This document shows, one piece after another, positions 1-11,260 of a stretch of DNA of 64,000 nucleotides (the stretch's first letter is position 1; each line of letters opens with the position of its first letter). Source of the DNA: Candidatus Magasanikiibacteriota bacterium. GTDB taxonomy: Bacteria; Patescibacteriota; Patescibacteriia; Magasanikbacterales; GWA2-37-8. The notes under the pieces were generated by a model. That model did no database searches and was not told the origin of the DNA. It saw only the letters and a program-made list of their open reading frames with translations. Location of the stretch: the NCBI GenBank assembly GCA_963802255.1, contig CAWDHY010000001.1, positions 235,842 to 299,841 on the forward strand, given 5' to 3'. Made by a program: the position numbers and the translations under genes.

Positions 1-3
1 AGT

Positions 4-549
4 TTATATCTTTTTAACCTGTAAAGCGTCAAGTTCCACCGGCGTTTCCCGCCCGAACATGGTAACCATAACTTTAATTTTTCCGCGTTCATGGTCAACC
101 GCACTTATTTTTCCTTCAAAATTTTTGAACGGCCCATCAACAATTCGGACAACATCGTTTTCTTCAACATCAATTTTATGTTGCGCTTCAACTGCGGTAA
201 CGCGTTTCATGAGCGCCTCAACTTCTTTATTATCAATCGGAGTCGGAGTTGTGCCGGAACCGACAAAGCCGGTGACATTGGGCGTATTGCGCACAACATA
301 CCACGAGTCGTCGTTTACAATCATTTCTACCAGCACGTAGCCCGGAAATATTTTTTCTTCAATAGTCGTGCGTTTTCCGTTTTTTATTTTTATTTTTTTC
401 TCTTTGGGAACAAGAATATTGAAAATCCTGTCGTTCATATCAAATGAATCAACGCGTTGTTCCAGGTTGCTTTTAACATTTTCTTCGTAGCCGCTATAAG
501 TGTGTAAAACATACCAGCGGCGGCCTAAATTTAGTGTTTGTTTAGCCAT
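4..549 (-). CDS. nusG: Transcription termination/antitermination factor NusG
   Basis: 181 aa. N-terminal NGN-type motif (YVLHTYSGYEENV) and C-terminal KOW-type motif (FEGKISAVD). secE lies immediately upstream on the same strand, the classic secE-nusG pair. Confidence 0.9.
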   Translation of the reverse strand: MAKQTLNLGRRWYVLHTYSGYEENVKSNLEQRVDSFDMNDRIFNILVPKEKKIKIKNGKRTTIEEKIFPGYVLVEMIVNDDSWYVVRNTPNVTGFVGSGTTPTPIDNKEVEALMKRVTAVEAQHKIDVEENDVVRIVDGPFKNFEGKISAVDHERGKIKVMVTMFGRETPVELDALQVKKI

Positions 550-560
550 ATCCTCCTAGC

Positions 561-746
561 TTAGCGGGTAATTAATTTCTCAATACCCAAATTAAAGACA
601 TAATCAAGCGCTACAAAAAAGAACGCAAAACCGACAGATAATCCGATGACCAGCACTGAATAGTTGAAGGTCTGTTTTTTTGTAGGCCAAGAAACCTTTT
701 TTGCTTCAGCCCAGGAACTTTTGAAATAGTTGATGATTTTTTCCAT
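561..746 (-). CDS. secE: Preprotein translocase subunit SecE
   Basis: 61 aa with a single C-terminal TM helix (VLVIGLSVGFAFFFVALDYVF). Sits directly upstream of nusG on the same strand. The call rests on size, topology and synteny. Confidence 0.7.
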   Translation of the reverse strand: MEKIINYFKSSWAEAKKVSWPTKKQTFNYSVLVIGLSVGFAFFFVALDYVFNLGIEKLITR

Positions 747-833
747 ATTTTTTGGACTTAAAAACGGCCTGTGGCCGGTATGGCGATAATATACATTATA
801 TACTTTTTTTTGTCAAGAGAAGCGAAAAATACG

Positions 834-3166
<2,333 letters not shown>

Positions 3167-3202
3167 TTATCACATTTAAACTTCTACGGCAAGAGATAAG
3201 TG

Positions 3203-3211
3203 TGGTATAAT
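3203..3211 (+). promoter_or_regulatory. Extended -10 promoter element (TGg TATAAT)
   Basis: tgtggtataat sits immediately upstream of the first in-frame ATG (3233) of the following ORF. The same TGnTATAAT pattern recurs upstream of other genes in this window. Confidence 0.35.
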
Positions 3212-3232
3212 ACACCGCGTAATATAATATAT

Positions 3233-4207
3233 ATGATAAATTTCTACAATCAGCAAAATCGTGATAATTATGTAGACAGCCATGGAGCCGGTACACCGGC
3301 ACCGGTAAAAAACGGCAAACCGGTAAAAGCCAATCTGTCCAAATATGTTGACCCGACAGGGGAGTTTGGGTCCGGTCAATTTAAGTGGGCAATGTGGTAT
3401 GTAAAAAATAAAGTAATGCTCTACCGACTAGCTGTAATATTGCTTATTATTTTTTCCGTCACAACGATCAGCTTTTCGCTTTGGAAGGCGGTAAATATTC
3501 TTGTTTATGATTTGACTGAAAAGCCAATCATTGAACAGCAGTTATCAGCGTCAATTGATTATACTGTTTTACATCCGCGTTTTTCTCCGTTTCCGATTGA
3601 AATTTTGAACACCTATGTTTTGCCCGGAGGCACCGAAAGAGTAGATGCTTTGGCAGAAGTTGTTAATCCGAACGAACGCTATATCGCCACCTTTGACTAT
3701 TATTTTGATTTTGGTACCACATCAACCGCGAGACAAACAGCCATATTGCTACCTCTGGAAAATAAGCCGGTCGCTATTTTCGGGTTGGATTCGGCTGAAT
3801 ATGCCGGCGGATCAAATTTTATGATTGAAAATTTGCATTGGTCGCGTGTATCCGCGCACGAAGTTGCTGATGTACGTTCATGGCAGGAAGACCGGTTGTT
3901 GTTCAATATAGAAAATTTTGTATTTGGTTTTGCCGATAGTGCCGGCGAGGCAAACGCGAACTCAATCCGTTTTTCATTGAAAAACGATACGGCGTACGGT
4001 TATAAAAACCCTCTTTTTTATATCGGTCTTTACCAAGGGGGAACTCTTGCAGGCGTAATGAAATTTGACCTGCTGGATTTTCAGTCGCTTGAAACTCGCC
4101 AGATTGACTTGCGTAATTTTGTTCAAAATTTAAGTGTATCCGAAATCAAGATATTCCCGGTTATTGACCTGTATAACAAAGAAGTGTATCTTGCACCGAG
4201 AAAGTAA
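3233..4207 (+). CDS. Hypothetical membrane-anchored protein
   Basis: The ORF-track ORF 3200-4207 begins with a GTG inside the putative promoter. The first ATG is at 3233, and further in-frame ATGs sit at 3392 and 3416 just before a TM helix (LYRLAVILLIIFSVTTISF). No recognisable catalytic motifs. The start is uncertain. Confidence 0.4.
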   Translation: MINFYNQQNRDNYVDSHGAGTPAPVKNGKPVKANLSKYVDPTGEFGSGQFKWAMWYVKNKVMLYRLAVILLIIFSVTTISFSLWKAVNILVYDLTEKPIIEQQLSASIDYTVLHPRFSPFPIEILNTYVLPGGTERVDALAEVVNPNERYIATFDYYFDFGTTSTARQTAILLPLENKPVAIFGLDSAEYAGGSNFMIENLHWSRVSAHEVADVRSWQEDRLLFNIENFVFGFADSAGEANANSIRFSLKNDTAYGYKNPLFYIGLYQGGTLAGVMKFDLLDFQSLETRQIDLRNFVQNLSVSEIKIFPVIDLYNKEVYLAPRK

Positions 4208-4212
4208 TATCT

Positions 4213-5313
4213 ATGATTTTATTTGACCGCTTATCTTGGCGCGGTTTTGACTGGGCGCTGATTGTAGCCGCAGTGTTTTTGTGCGCCATCGGATTTGCCG
4301 CTATTTACAGTGTTGACTTATCACAAGGTGCTGAATTGATCTTTACCAAGAAACAATTAATTGCGTTCGGTATCGGCACAATATTAATGATGTGGGCGGC
4401 ATTTGTCGCTCATACTTTTTTTAAAGCATACGCCAAGTGGATATATCTATTTGCTGTAGTGCTGCTTGTTGCTGTATTAATTTTTGGACGTACTATCCGC
4501 GGTACGAAAGGCTGGTTTGCGTTTCCCGGATTTTCTTTACAGCCTGTGGAATTTGCAAAAATCGGATTAATTTTAATGCTGTCATATGTGACTGCGCATT
4601 TCGGACGTCGTTTTGAAAAACCGTTGTTTTTTTTGGGAACCGGAGCAATCGCACTTTTAATGATTGCATTGGTTTTGCTTCAGCCGGATTTGGGGTCAGC
4701 TATTCTGCTGGGTTTAATCTGGTTTGGCCTAATGTGGCTGGTTGGCACGCGAAAAATTTATCTGGTTTTGCTGACGCTTGCTCTTGTCTTGTTCAGTTTT
4801 GTTGCCTGGTCGTACTTGCTTGCGCCTTACCAAAAAGAACGCCTGCTAACATTTGTGGACCCAGGGCGCGATCCGCTTGGCTCGGGGTACAATACAATCC
4901 AGGCAACGATAGCTATCGGATCGGGAGGTGCTTTCGGCCGCGGTCTGGGATTTGGTTCACAAAGCCAACTGCGTTTTTTACCTGAAACGCAAACAGACTT
5001 TATTTTTTCGGTTATTGGCGAAGAACTTGGTTTCGCCGGAGTAATTGTGGTAATGTCGCTATATGGTCTCCTTTTTTACCGCTTGCTAAGCATTGCCCGT
5101 TCGACAAAAGATGATTTTGTGGCACTGACAGCCAGCGGGGCAGCCATCTTGTTTTTTTCTCAATTTTTTATTAATATCGGAGCTAACGTCGGTCTTTTGC
5201 CTGTAACCGGTGTTACCATGCCGTTTGTCAGTTATGGAGGGTCATCTCTTGTCGCCAACATGCTTTTAATAGGTGTTGTTGAAAGTTTAAATAGAAGAAC
5301 CAAATCAGTATGA
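4213..5313 (+). CDS. SEDS-family peptidoglycan glycosyltransferase (FtsW/RodA/SpoVE family)
   Basis: 366 aa polytopic membrane protein. Family-typical motifs include GSQSQLRFLPETQTDFIFSVIGEELGF and PVTGVTMPFVSYGGSSL. Confidence 0.85.
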   Translation: MILFDRLSWRGFDWALIVAAVFLCAIGFAAIYSVDLSQGAELIFTKKQLIAFGIGTILMMWAAFVAHTFFKAYAKWIYLFAVVLLVAVLIFGRTIRGTKGWFAFPGFSLQPVEFAKIGLILMLSYVTAHFGRRFEKPLFFLGTGAIALLMIALVLLQPDLGSAILLGLIWFGLMWLVGTRKIYLVLLTLALVLFSFVAWSYLLAPYQKERLLTFVDPGRDPLGSGYNTIQATIAIGSGGAFGRGLGFGSQSQLRFLPETQTDFIFSVIGEELGFAGVIVVMSLYGLLFYRLLSIARSTKDDFVALTASGAAILFFSQFFINIGANVGLLPVTGVTMPFVSYGGSSLVANMLLIGVVESLNRRTKSV

Positions 5314-6686
5314 AGAAGAAAAAAAATCGTTTGTCGCGGTATAAAAAAATTTGGCGGTTGGGTATGGAAGAATACAACACCGATCATTTTGATATCTCCA
5401 AAGATGGGGAGTTGGTTGTAAGAGAAGGAAATTTTCAATACAACATTTATGACATTGTTAAAAAGTATGGCACGCCAACCGAGATTGCTTTTCCCACTAT
5501 AATAGAAAATCGTGTGCGTGATCTGATTGAGACTTTTAACGCATATATAAAGATATTGGGTTATAAAGGAAAGTTTTTTTATCATTACGCGATGAAGGTA
5601 AATCAAAATAAGGAAGTGGTGTTGCCGGCCGTGGCAGAAGGCGCCAATTTAGAAGTGTCTTCGGCCAATGAATTATTTTTGGTAAAAAGAATTTTTGAAC
5701 AGGAAAAATTTCACGCTAAAATTCGGGTTGTCTGCAATGGGCCCAAAACAGAGAAATATATGAGTCTGATTGAGGAACTCCGGGCTAAAGGGCTGATCAT
5801 TATACCGATTATTGAAGATTACACCGAGCTTGAGCGGATGAAAAAATTTAACGGACCGGTGGGTATCCGTGTGAATTTGAATATACGGGTACAAAGCCAT
5901 TGGGATAAAAAATACAATCGTTACGGTTTTACCGAAGAAGAAATTATTAAAATCGGGCGGGTGCGTAATTTGCAGATTTTACATTATCATATCTCCAGTC
6001 AGGTGGATAAAATTGAGGGGCTGGTAAGGCCGGTGCGCCGCGCATTGGAGCTATTTGCCAAGCTGAAAGAAAAGAATATTGGTCTTGATACTTTGGATAT
6101 CGGCGGTGGCGCCGGCGTGCCATATGAAAAAAAGAAAAAATATTATACAGCTAAAAGCGTTATCAGCCATATTGTCCGAGCGGCAAAAAGACAGTGCGAG
6201 CGTTTGGGGATCAAGCATCCGAACCTGATAGTGGAGTGGGGCCGGTATGTGGTTGCGCCGGCGCAGATTACAATTTATAAAATATTAACTGAAAAGCCGA
6301 TTGAAAATAAAGCGGATACTCTCTGGTATTCAATAGACGGGTCACTGATCAACGACTTGTCGGATACCTGGGCGATCCATCAGAAATGGCATGTGGTGCC
6401 GGTCAATAATATCGCCAAATTAAAAATGAAAAAAGTTTGGATTGCCGGCTCGTCCTGTGATAGTGATGACCGCTATACCGGCGGAGATTATGTTTCGCTT
6501 CCCCGTCTGGAAGATGGCGAAGAACAGTTTATCGCTTTTTTTGACACCGGCGCTTATCAGGATCCGTTGTCATCTCATCATTGTCTTTTGTCTTCTCCTG
6601 CAAAATTGGTGGCGGCAAACGGCGAGATGAAACAAATCCGGCGCCGTGAAACGCCGGAGGAAATCGGAAAAATGTTCGGTTGGTAA
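5310..6686 (+). CDS. PLP-dependent Orn/DAP/Arg decarboxylase-family enzyme, SpeA (biosynthetic arginine decarboxylase)-like
   Basis: 458 aa. PLP-lysine motif HYAMKVNQN, as in SpeA YPIKVNQ. LDIGGGAGVPY glycine-rich loop. Late C(D/S)SDD-type motif (GSSCDSDD). The fold family is confident. The substrate is not. Confidence 0.55.
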   Translation: MKKKKNRLSRYKKIWRLGMEEYNTDHFDISKDGELVVREGNFQYNIYDIVKKYGTPTEIAFPTIIENRVRDLIETFNAYIKILGYKGKFFYHYAMKVNQNKEVVLPAVAEGANLEVSSANELFLVKRIFEQEKFHAKIRVVCNGPKTEKYMSLIEELRAKGLIIIPIIEDYTELERMKKFNGPVGIRVNLNIRVQSHWDKKYNRYGFTEEEIIKIGRVRNLQILHYHISSQVDKIEGLVRPVRRALELFAKLKEKNIGLDTLDIGGGAGVPYEKKKKYYTAKSVISHIVRAAKRQCERLGIKHPNLIVEWGRYVVAPAQITIYKILTEKPIENKADTLWYSIDGSLINDLSDTWAIHQKWHVVPVNNIAKLKMKKVWIAGSSCDSDDRYTGGDYVSLPRLEDGEEQFIAFFDTGAYQDPLSSHHCLLSSPAKLVAANGEMKQIRRRETPEEIGKMFGW

Positions 6687-6689
6687 TAT

Positions 6690-7763
6690 ATGAATGAACG
6701 CCTAAAAAAATTGCGTGAAAAAATTATTGAGACTGCTAAATTGTTAAAGCTTGACGATCTCAAGATGAAAATGGAACAGCTCTCGGCTGAGATGAATAAT
6801 CCGGATTTTTGGAATAACCCCGAAAATGCCCAAGCCATATCCGCTGATTACAACGACATAAAAAAAGAAATTGAAAAGTGGGACGGGATAAGAAATGAAA
6901 CAGATGAGCTGATAGAATTATCCGGTGATAATGATGCCGGTATGGCGGACGAGCTTGAAAAACAAATTGAAATGCTGGAAAAAAAATTCGAGGACTATGA
7001 ATTTTTTTTATTACTAAATGGACCGTATGATGCGAACGGCGCGGTGGTAGCCATTCACGCCGGTTCGGGTGGTACAGAAGCACAAGACTGGGCTGAAATG
7101 CTAACCCGGATGTTGATGCGTTTTTCCGAGAAAATGGGCTGGCGTACGCGGGTAGTGGATGAATCCCGCGGACAGGAAGCCGGCTATAAATCAATCACTT
7201 TTGAGATTAAAGGACGCTACGCTTATGGTTATCTAAAGTCCGAACATGGCGTACATCGGCTGGTGCGTATTTCACCGTTTGATGCGGAAAAAATGCGGCA
7301 TACTTCCTTTGCTTTGGTGGAAGTTTTGCCTGAGCTGCCGGAAAAGGAAGAGGTACCGGTTGACCCGAAAGATTTACGGATTGATACTTTTATGTCGGGC
7401 GGTCATGGCGGTCAAAGCGTGAACACCACTTATTCGGCTGTACGCGTCGTTCATATCCCAACGGGTATCAGTGTGTCTTGTCAGAATGAAAGATCACAAC
7501 AGCAAAACAAAGATACGGCGATGAAAATTTTGAAAGCAAAGTTGTTTCGGTTGGAGCTGGAAAGAAAAGCAAAAGAACGTGAAGATTTGCGCGGTGAATA
7601 TAAATCGGCAGAGTGGGGGAACCAAATTCGTTCCTATGTTTTACATCCGTATCACATGGTAAAAGACCATCGCACTGAATATGAATCCGCCGACCCTGAA
7701 GGAGTGTTGGAAGGGGAATTACAACCACTTTGTGAAGCGTACCTGAAATGGATAAAAAAATAA
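6690..7763 (+). CDS. prfB: Peptide chain release factor 2
   Basis: 357 aa. SPF tripeptide (RISPFD) specific to RF2. GGQ motif (SGGHGGQSVNTT). GSGGTEAQDWAEML and DFWNNPENAQ closely match E. coli RF2. The ORF is uninterrupted, so there is no programmed +1 frameshift site. Confidence 0.85.
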   Translation: MNERLKKLREKIIETAKLLKLDDLKMKMEQLSAEMNNPDFWNNPENAQAISADYNDIKKEIEKWDGIRNETDELIELSGDNDAGMADELEKQIEMLEKKFEDYEFFLLLNGPYDANGAVVAIHAGSGGTEAQDWAEMLTRMLMRFSEKMGWRTRVVDESRGQEAGYKSITFEIKGRYAYGYLKSEHGVHRLVRISPFDAEKMRHTSFALVEVLPELPEKEEVPVDPKDLRIDTFMSGGHGGQSVNTTYSAVRVVHIPTGISVSCQNERSQQQNKDTAMKILKAKLFRLELERKAKEREDLRGEYKSAEWGNQIRSYVLHPYHMVKDHRTEYESADPEGVLEGELQPLCEAYLKWIKK

Positions 7764-7764
7764 T

Positions 7765-9492
7765 ATGCTTCGATTTAGAAAAGATAACATTTCAGAAATT
7801 GCCGCCTTATTTTTAGGCGGCAATATTATTGTCATACCTACAGAGACATCATATGGTTTGGGCTGTGACGCGACAAACAGCAAGGCGGTTGATAAAATTT
7901 TTACAGTAAAAAAACGGCCCGTCAATAATCCGCTGCTTGTTATTTTGCCAAACACGGCAAGCGCGAAAAAGTATTTGGTTTGGAATAATACTATAGATGA
8001 ATTAGCCAATAATTATTGGCCGGGACCACTGACGATTGTCGGAAAATATGCCGGCGGCGATTTGGTCAAAGGGGTTATCGCGTCTGACGGGACTATTGCC
8101 GTGCGCGTTACCGCTGACCCATGGTTAAGCGAATTATGCCGGAAAACGGGGCGTCCGCTTGTCGCCACATCGGCAAATATTTCCGGACGAGGAGATATTT
8201 ATGACGCAAAAATAATTGAGAATCATTTTAACGGCCAAACAGAAACACCAGACGCGATTGTTGACGCCGGAGAATTGCCGGCCAATCCGCCGACAACTAT
8301 CGTGGCTGTAAGTTCCGGTAAATTAAAAATATTAAGGCAAGGCTCACTGTCTGTTAAAAAAACGGAAAAGAGAAAAAATTGGCTGGATTATTTTTTTATT
8401 GGAGCGGCCGCTGTTGCAGTCGCAATAATTATCGGATACTTTTGGAATGTAGCGCTTATTGATATTGAAAATAATACACTTTTAACCGCCTCATTTTTTG
8501 AACAGCGCTATGTTAAAGGCGTAAAGAATCCGCTTAAAACAGTGAAGGGTCTTTATCTCACGGCTTACTCCGCCGGCAGTAAAACAAAAATTAATGAAAT
8601 AATAAATTTGATTAAACAAACTGAACTGAACGCCGTTGTAATTGATATAAAAGATTATAGCGGTTTAGTTCTTTACGACAGTCAGTTACCGGTGGTGAAT
8701 GAATTACGCACAAAAGATGACCGGTTAGGCGATGTTCAGGCGTTGGTAAAAAAATTGCATGATAACAAAATATATGTGATTGCGCGTCAGACAGTTTTTC
8801 AGGATCCTATATTGGCCGAAAAAAAACCGGATTGGGCAATAAAGAAAAAAAGCGGGGGAGTGTGGCGCGACCGCAAGGGTCTTGCCTGGGTTGATCCGAC
8901 AAGGCGGGAAGTATGGGAATACAATTTGGCAATTGCCAAAGAAGCGGTGCAGTTTGGCTTTGATGAGATAAATTTTGATTATGTCCGTTTTCCCTCTGAC
9001 GGCAATATGAGCGAGGTGGTTTATACGGTCGGTGACAGAAAAAAATATGAAGTAATGGCCGATTTTTATGAATTTTTGAGCCATCGTTTGTCGCTTGAAC
9101 CGGTTTGGCTGTCACTTGACCTTTTTGGCTTTGTTATGGAAAAAAGCGGCGAAGATGATATGAATATCGGACAGCGTCTGATGGATACGGTAGACAACGC
9201 AGATTATGTTTGCCCGATGATGTATCCGTCGCATTATCCGGCCGGACATTTGGGGCTAGCGAACCCGGCAAACTATCCGGCGCAAGTATTTGAAAATGGT
9301 TTCCAAAAAGGAATGCCCAAGGTTGCAGGACGCCGGGCGAAAATAAGGCCGTGGATTCAGGCTTTTAATCTGGGCGCAGTATATGATGCGGAAAAAATCC
9401 GCGCGCAAATAGAGGTGACGGAAAAATATTCCGATGCCGGGTGGTTATTATGGAATGCGTCCAACCGGTACACTGAAGCGGGACTAAAATAA
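7765..9492 (+). CDS. L-threonylcarbamoyladenylate synthase (TsaC/YrdC domain) fused via a TM helix to a C-terminal TIM-barrel glycoside-hydrolase-like domain (DUF4015/GHL-type)
   Basis: The N-terminal ~190 aa carry YrdC/Sua5 motifs (IIVIPTETSYGLGCDATN, KKRPVNNPLLVIL, VATSANISG). A hydrophobic helix follows (WLDYFFIGAAAVAVAIIIGYFW). The remaining ~350-aa domain (NAVVIDIKDYSG, FDEINFDYVRFP) resembles putative extracytoplasmic glycosidase-like domains. The ORF is continuous at 575 aa. Confidence 0.65.
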   Translation: MLRFRKDNISEIAALFLGGNIIVIPTETSYGLGCDATNSKAVDKIFTVKKRPVNNPLLVILPNTASAKKYLVWNNTIDELANNYWPGPLTIVGKYAGGDLVKGVIASDGTIAVRVTADPWLSELCRKTGRPLVATSANISGRGDIYDAKIIENHFNGQTETPDAIVDAGELPANPPTTIVAVSSGKLKILRQGSLSVKKTEKRKNWLDYFFIGAAAVAVAIIIGYFWNVALIDIENNTLLTASFFEQRYVKGVKNPLKTVKGLYLTAYSAGSKTKINEIINLIKQTELNAVVIDIKDYSGLVLYDSQLPVVNELRTKDDRLGDVQALVKKLHDNKIYVIARQTVFQDPILAEKKPDWAIKKKSGGVWRDRKGLAWVDPTRREVWEYNLAIAKEAVQFGFDEINFDYVRFPSDGNMSEVVYTVGDRKKYEVMADFYEFLSHRLSLEPVWLSLDLFGFVMEKSGEDDMNIGQRLMDTVDNADYVCPMMYPSHYPAGHLGLANPANYPAQVFENGFQKGMPKVAGRRAKIRPWIQAFNLGAVYDAEKIRAQIEVTEKYSDAGWLLWNASNRYTEAGLK

Positions 9493-9506
9493 TTTAGAGT
9501 ATCTTT

Positions 9507-10403
9507 ATGAATGATAAACTTTTCAACCCGGATTATCTTTACTCTCTCTGTAAAAATTACGGCCTTCAACCGTCAAAAAAATACGGTCAGAATTATTTAG
9601 TTAATCCGGAAATTTTAGAAAAAATAATTGAAGCAGGTGATTTGGGAAAAACCGACACTGTTGTGGAAGTCGGTCCCGGTTTTGGCGTGCTCACTTTTGC
9701 TTTGGCGGAACGCGTGAAACGGGTGGTGGCTTTTGAAATTGAGAAAAAAATTTTTAAATATTGGGAAGACAGAAAGCCGAAAAATTTAGAGATTATTTGG
9801 GACAATATTTTAAAGCAGGCTAAAAAATTTCCGGCCGGTGATTATAAAGTTGTTGCCAATCTGCCGTATCAAATCACTTCGGCGGTAATTCGACCTTTTT
9901 TTGAAGCAGAAAACCCGCCCGAATCGATGACACTCATGGTACAAAAAGAAGTGGCTGAAAGAATTTGTGCCAAACCAGGGGATATGTCGCTTTTATCGGT
10001 GGCTGTACAATATTATGCTGATGCTGAAATTGTGGATCATGTGGCCCGTGAGAATTTTTGGCCGGAACCGAAAGTCGATTCGGCGATAATTAAATTGTCA
10101 TTACGAAGTGACAGAGAACATACCATTGTCATTCCCGCGGAGGCGGGAATCCAATCGTGCGTCATCCCGGGCGAAGTTGCGGGATCCCCCCGAAAGAATT
10201 TTTTCCGCCTGGTTAAATCCGGTTTTGCCAGCAGGCGTAAATTATTGATTAAAAATATTCTTCCAATAATCGGCAAAAAAAATAGAGAACTTTTAAAGAA
10301 AATCTTTGCCGATATTGGCCTGAAAGAAACCGCCAGGGCCCAAGAATTATCAGTTGAACAGTGGATTCGACTGACTGAGGGCATGCGGGAATTTAGTGGT
10401 TAG
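9507..10403 (+). CDS. rsmA: 16S rRNA (adenine1518/1519-N6)-dimethyltransferase RsmA/KsgA, carrying an in-frame 21-aa insertion
   Basis: KKYGQNYLVNPEILEKI and VVEVGPGFGVLT SAM-binding motifs, and NLPYQITS catalytic motif. At 298 aa the protein is about 20 aa longer than typical KsgA. The extra segment corresponds to the hairpin repeat at 10128-10185. Confidence 0.85.
   Translation: MNDKLFNPDYLYSLCKNYGLQPSKKYGQNYLVNPEILEKIIEAGDLGKTDTVVEVGPGFGVLTFALAERVKRVVAFEIEKKIFKYWEDRKPKNLEIIWDNILKQAKKFPAGDYKVVANLPYQITSAVIRPFFEAENPPESMTLMVQKEVAERICAKPGDMSLLSVAVQYYADAEIVDHVARENFWPEPKVDSAIIKLSLRSDREHTIVIPAEAGIQSCVIPGEVAGSPRKNFFRLVKSGFASRRKLLIKNILPIIGKKNRELLKKIFADIGLKETARAQELSVEQWIRLTEGMREFSG
10128..10185. repeat. 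Tandem double-hairpin palindromic element (gtcat-tcccgc-ggag-gcggga-at ... gtcat-cccggg-cgaagtt-gcggga-t) inserted in frame within rsmA
   Basis: Two adjacent stem-loops, each starting with gtcat. They encode IVIPAEAGIQSCVIPGEVAGSP on the + strand and ...GMTHDWIPASAGMT... on the - strand. The architecture resembles the elements at 60008-60063 and 52060-52125. Confidence 0.5.
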
Positions 10404-10558
10404 AATTTTTCCGGCTTTATCCACTGTATAAGTATTTGGCCCGGAGCGTTATTGTGATATAATAATATTGTATATATTTGCCAATCTATAAGCGAACGCA
10501 GGTGAGGAAATTTGTCCGGCCTTACCGGATATATTTCTGAACTGAGAAGCTTATATAT

Positions 10559-11245
10559 ATGGGTTTAACACCCTGCGGTTCATCCCGCAGTGCATATATG
10601 GCTGAAGAAAATCCGCATCTGTCCAAGGAACAGAAAATCGGTTTGGTTTTACTGTCTGCTTTTGTTTTGCTGGCAGTGACTCTTGGATTAATTCAAATGC
10701 GGAATACTCTGTACAGTCCTTTTGCTTTAAATACTTCTATACCGCCGATGATCGGGCAGGAAGTAAATACTCCCGAAGCTCTTCGTTATCGCGACACGGA
10801 CATGGATGGGTTAAGCGATTATGATGAATTGTATATTTTTACCACCAGCCCATATTTAGCCGATTCGGATTCAGACGGTATCACCGATAAACAGGAAATT
10901 GATCAGGGGAAAAATCCCAATTGCGCCGAAGGGAAAAATTGTATTGGTAATGTCGGAGAAAATGCGTCTACTGTTGCCGGACAAGCCGACATACCAACAC
11001 TGTTTGATTACCGCATGCCGACAACAATTGAAGAGCTAATTTCCAGCCCGGAACAAATGCGGGAGATTCTTTTGCAGTCAGGCGTGGAACAATCGGTGGT
11101 AGACCAGATATCAGACGATGATTTAATGATAATGGCCTCGGAAATTTTTGCTTCCAGCACTATTATGGGTGATATTGTCACAGCCACAAGCACGCAAAAT
11201 ACTACGGCGACGGCTCAATTTATAAACGAGATGATGTCAGAATAG
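10559..11245 (+). CDS. Membrane-anchored secreted protein with thrombospondin-type-3-like Ca-binding Asp-rich repeats
   Basis: N-terminal TM/signal anchor (IGLVLLSAFVLLAVTLGLI). DxDxDGxxDxxE motifs (DTDMDGLSDYDE, DSDSDGITDKQE). Lies directly upstream of the giant protein gene. Confidence 0.5.
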   Translation: MGLTPCGSSRSAYMAEENPHLSKEQKIGLVLLSAFVLLAVTLGLIQMRNTLYSPFALNTSIPPMIGQEVNTPEALRYRDTDMDGLSDYDELYIFTTSPYLADSDSDGITDKQEIDQGKNPNCAEGKNCIGNVGENASTVAGQADIPTLFDYRMPTTIEELISSPEQMREILLQSGVEQSVVDQISDDDLMIMASEIFASSTIMGDIVTATSTQNTTATAQFINEMMSE

Positions 11246-11260
11246 AAGAGACAACCAATT

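Noticed and set aside
10037-10384. 115-aa ORF on the minus strand within rsmA containing ...GMTHDWIPASAGMT...
   Set aside because: It is antisense to rsmA. The peptide is simply the reverse-strand reading of the palindromic insert, a classic repeat-encoded spurious ORF.
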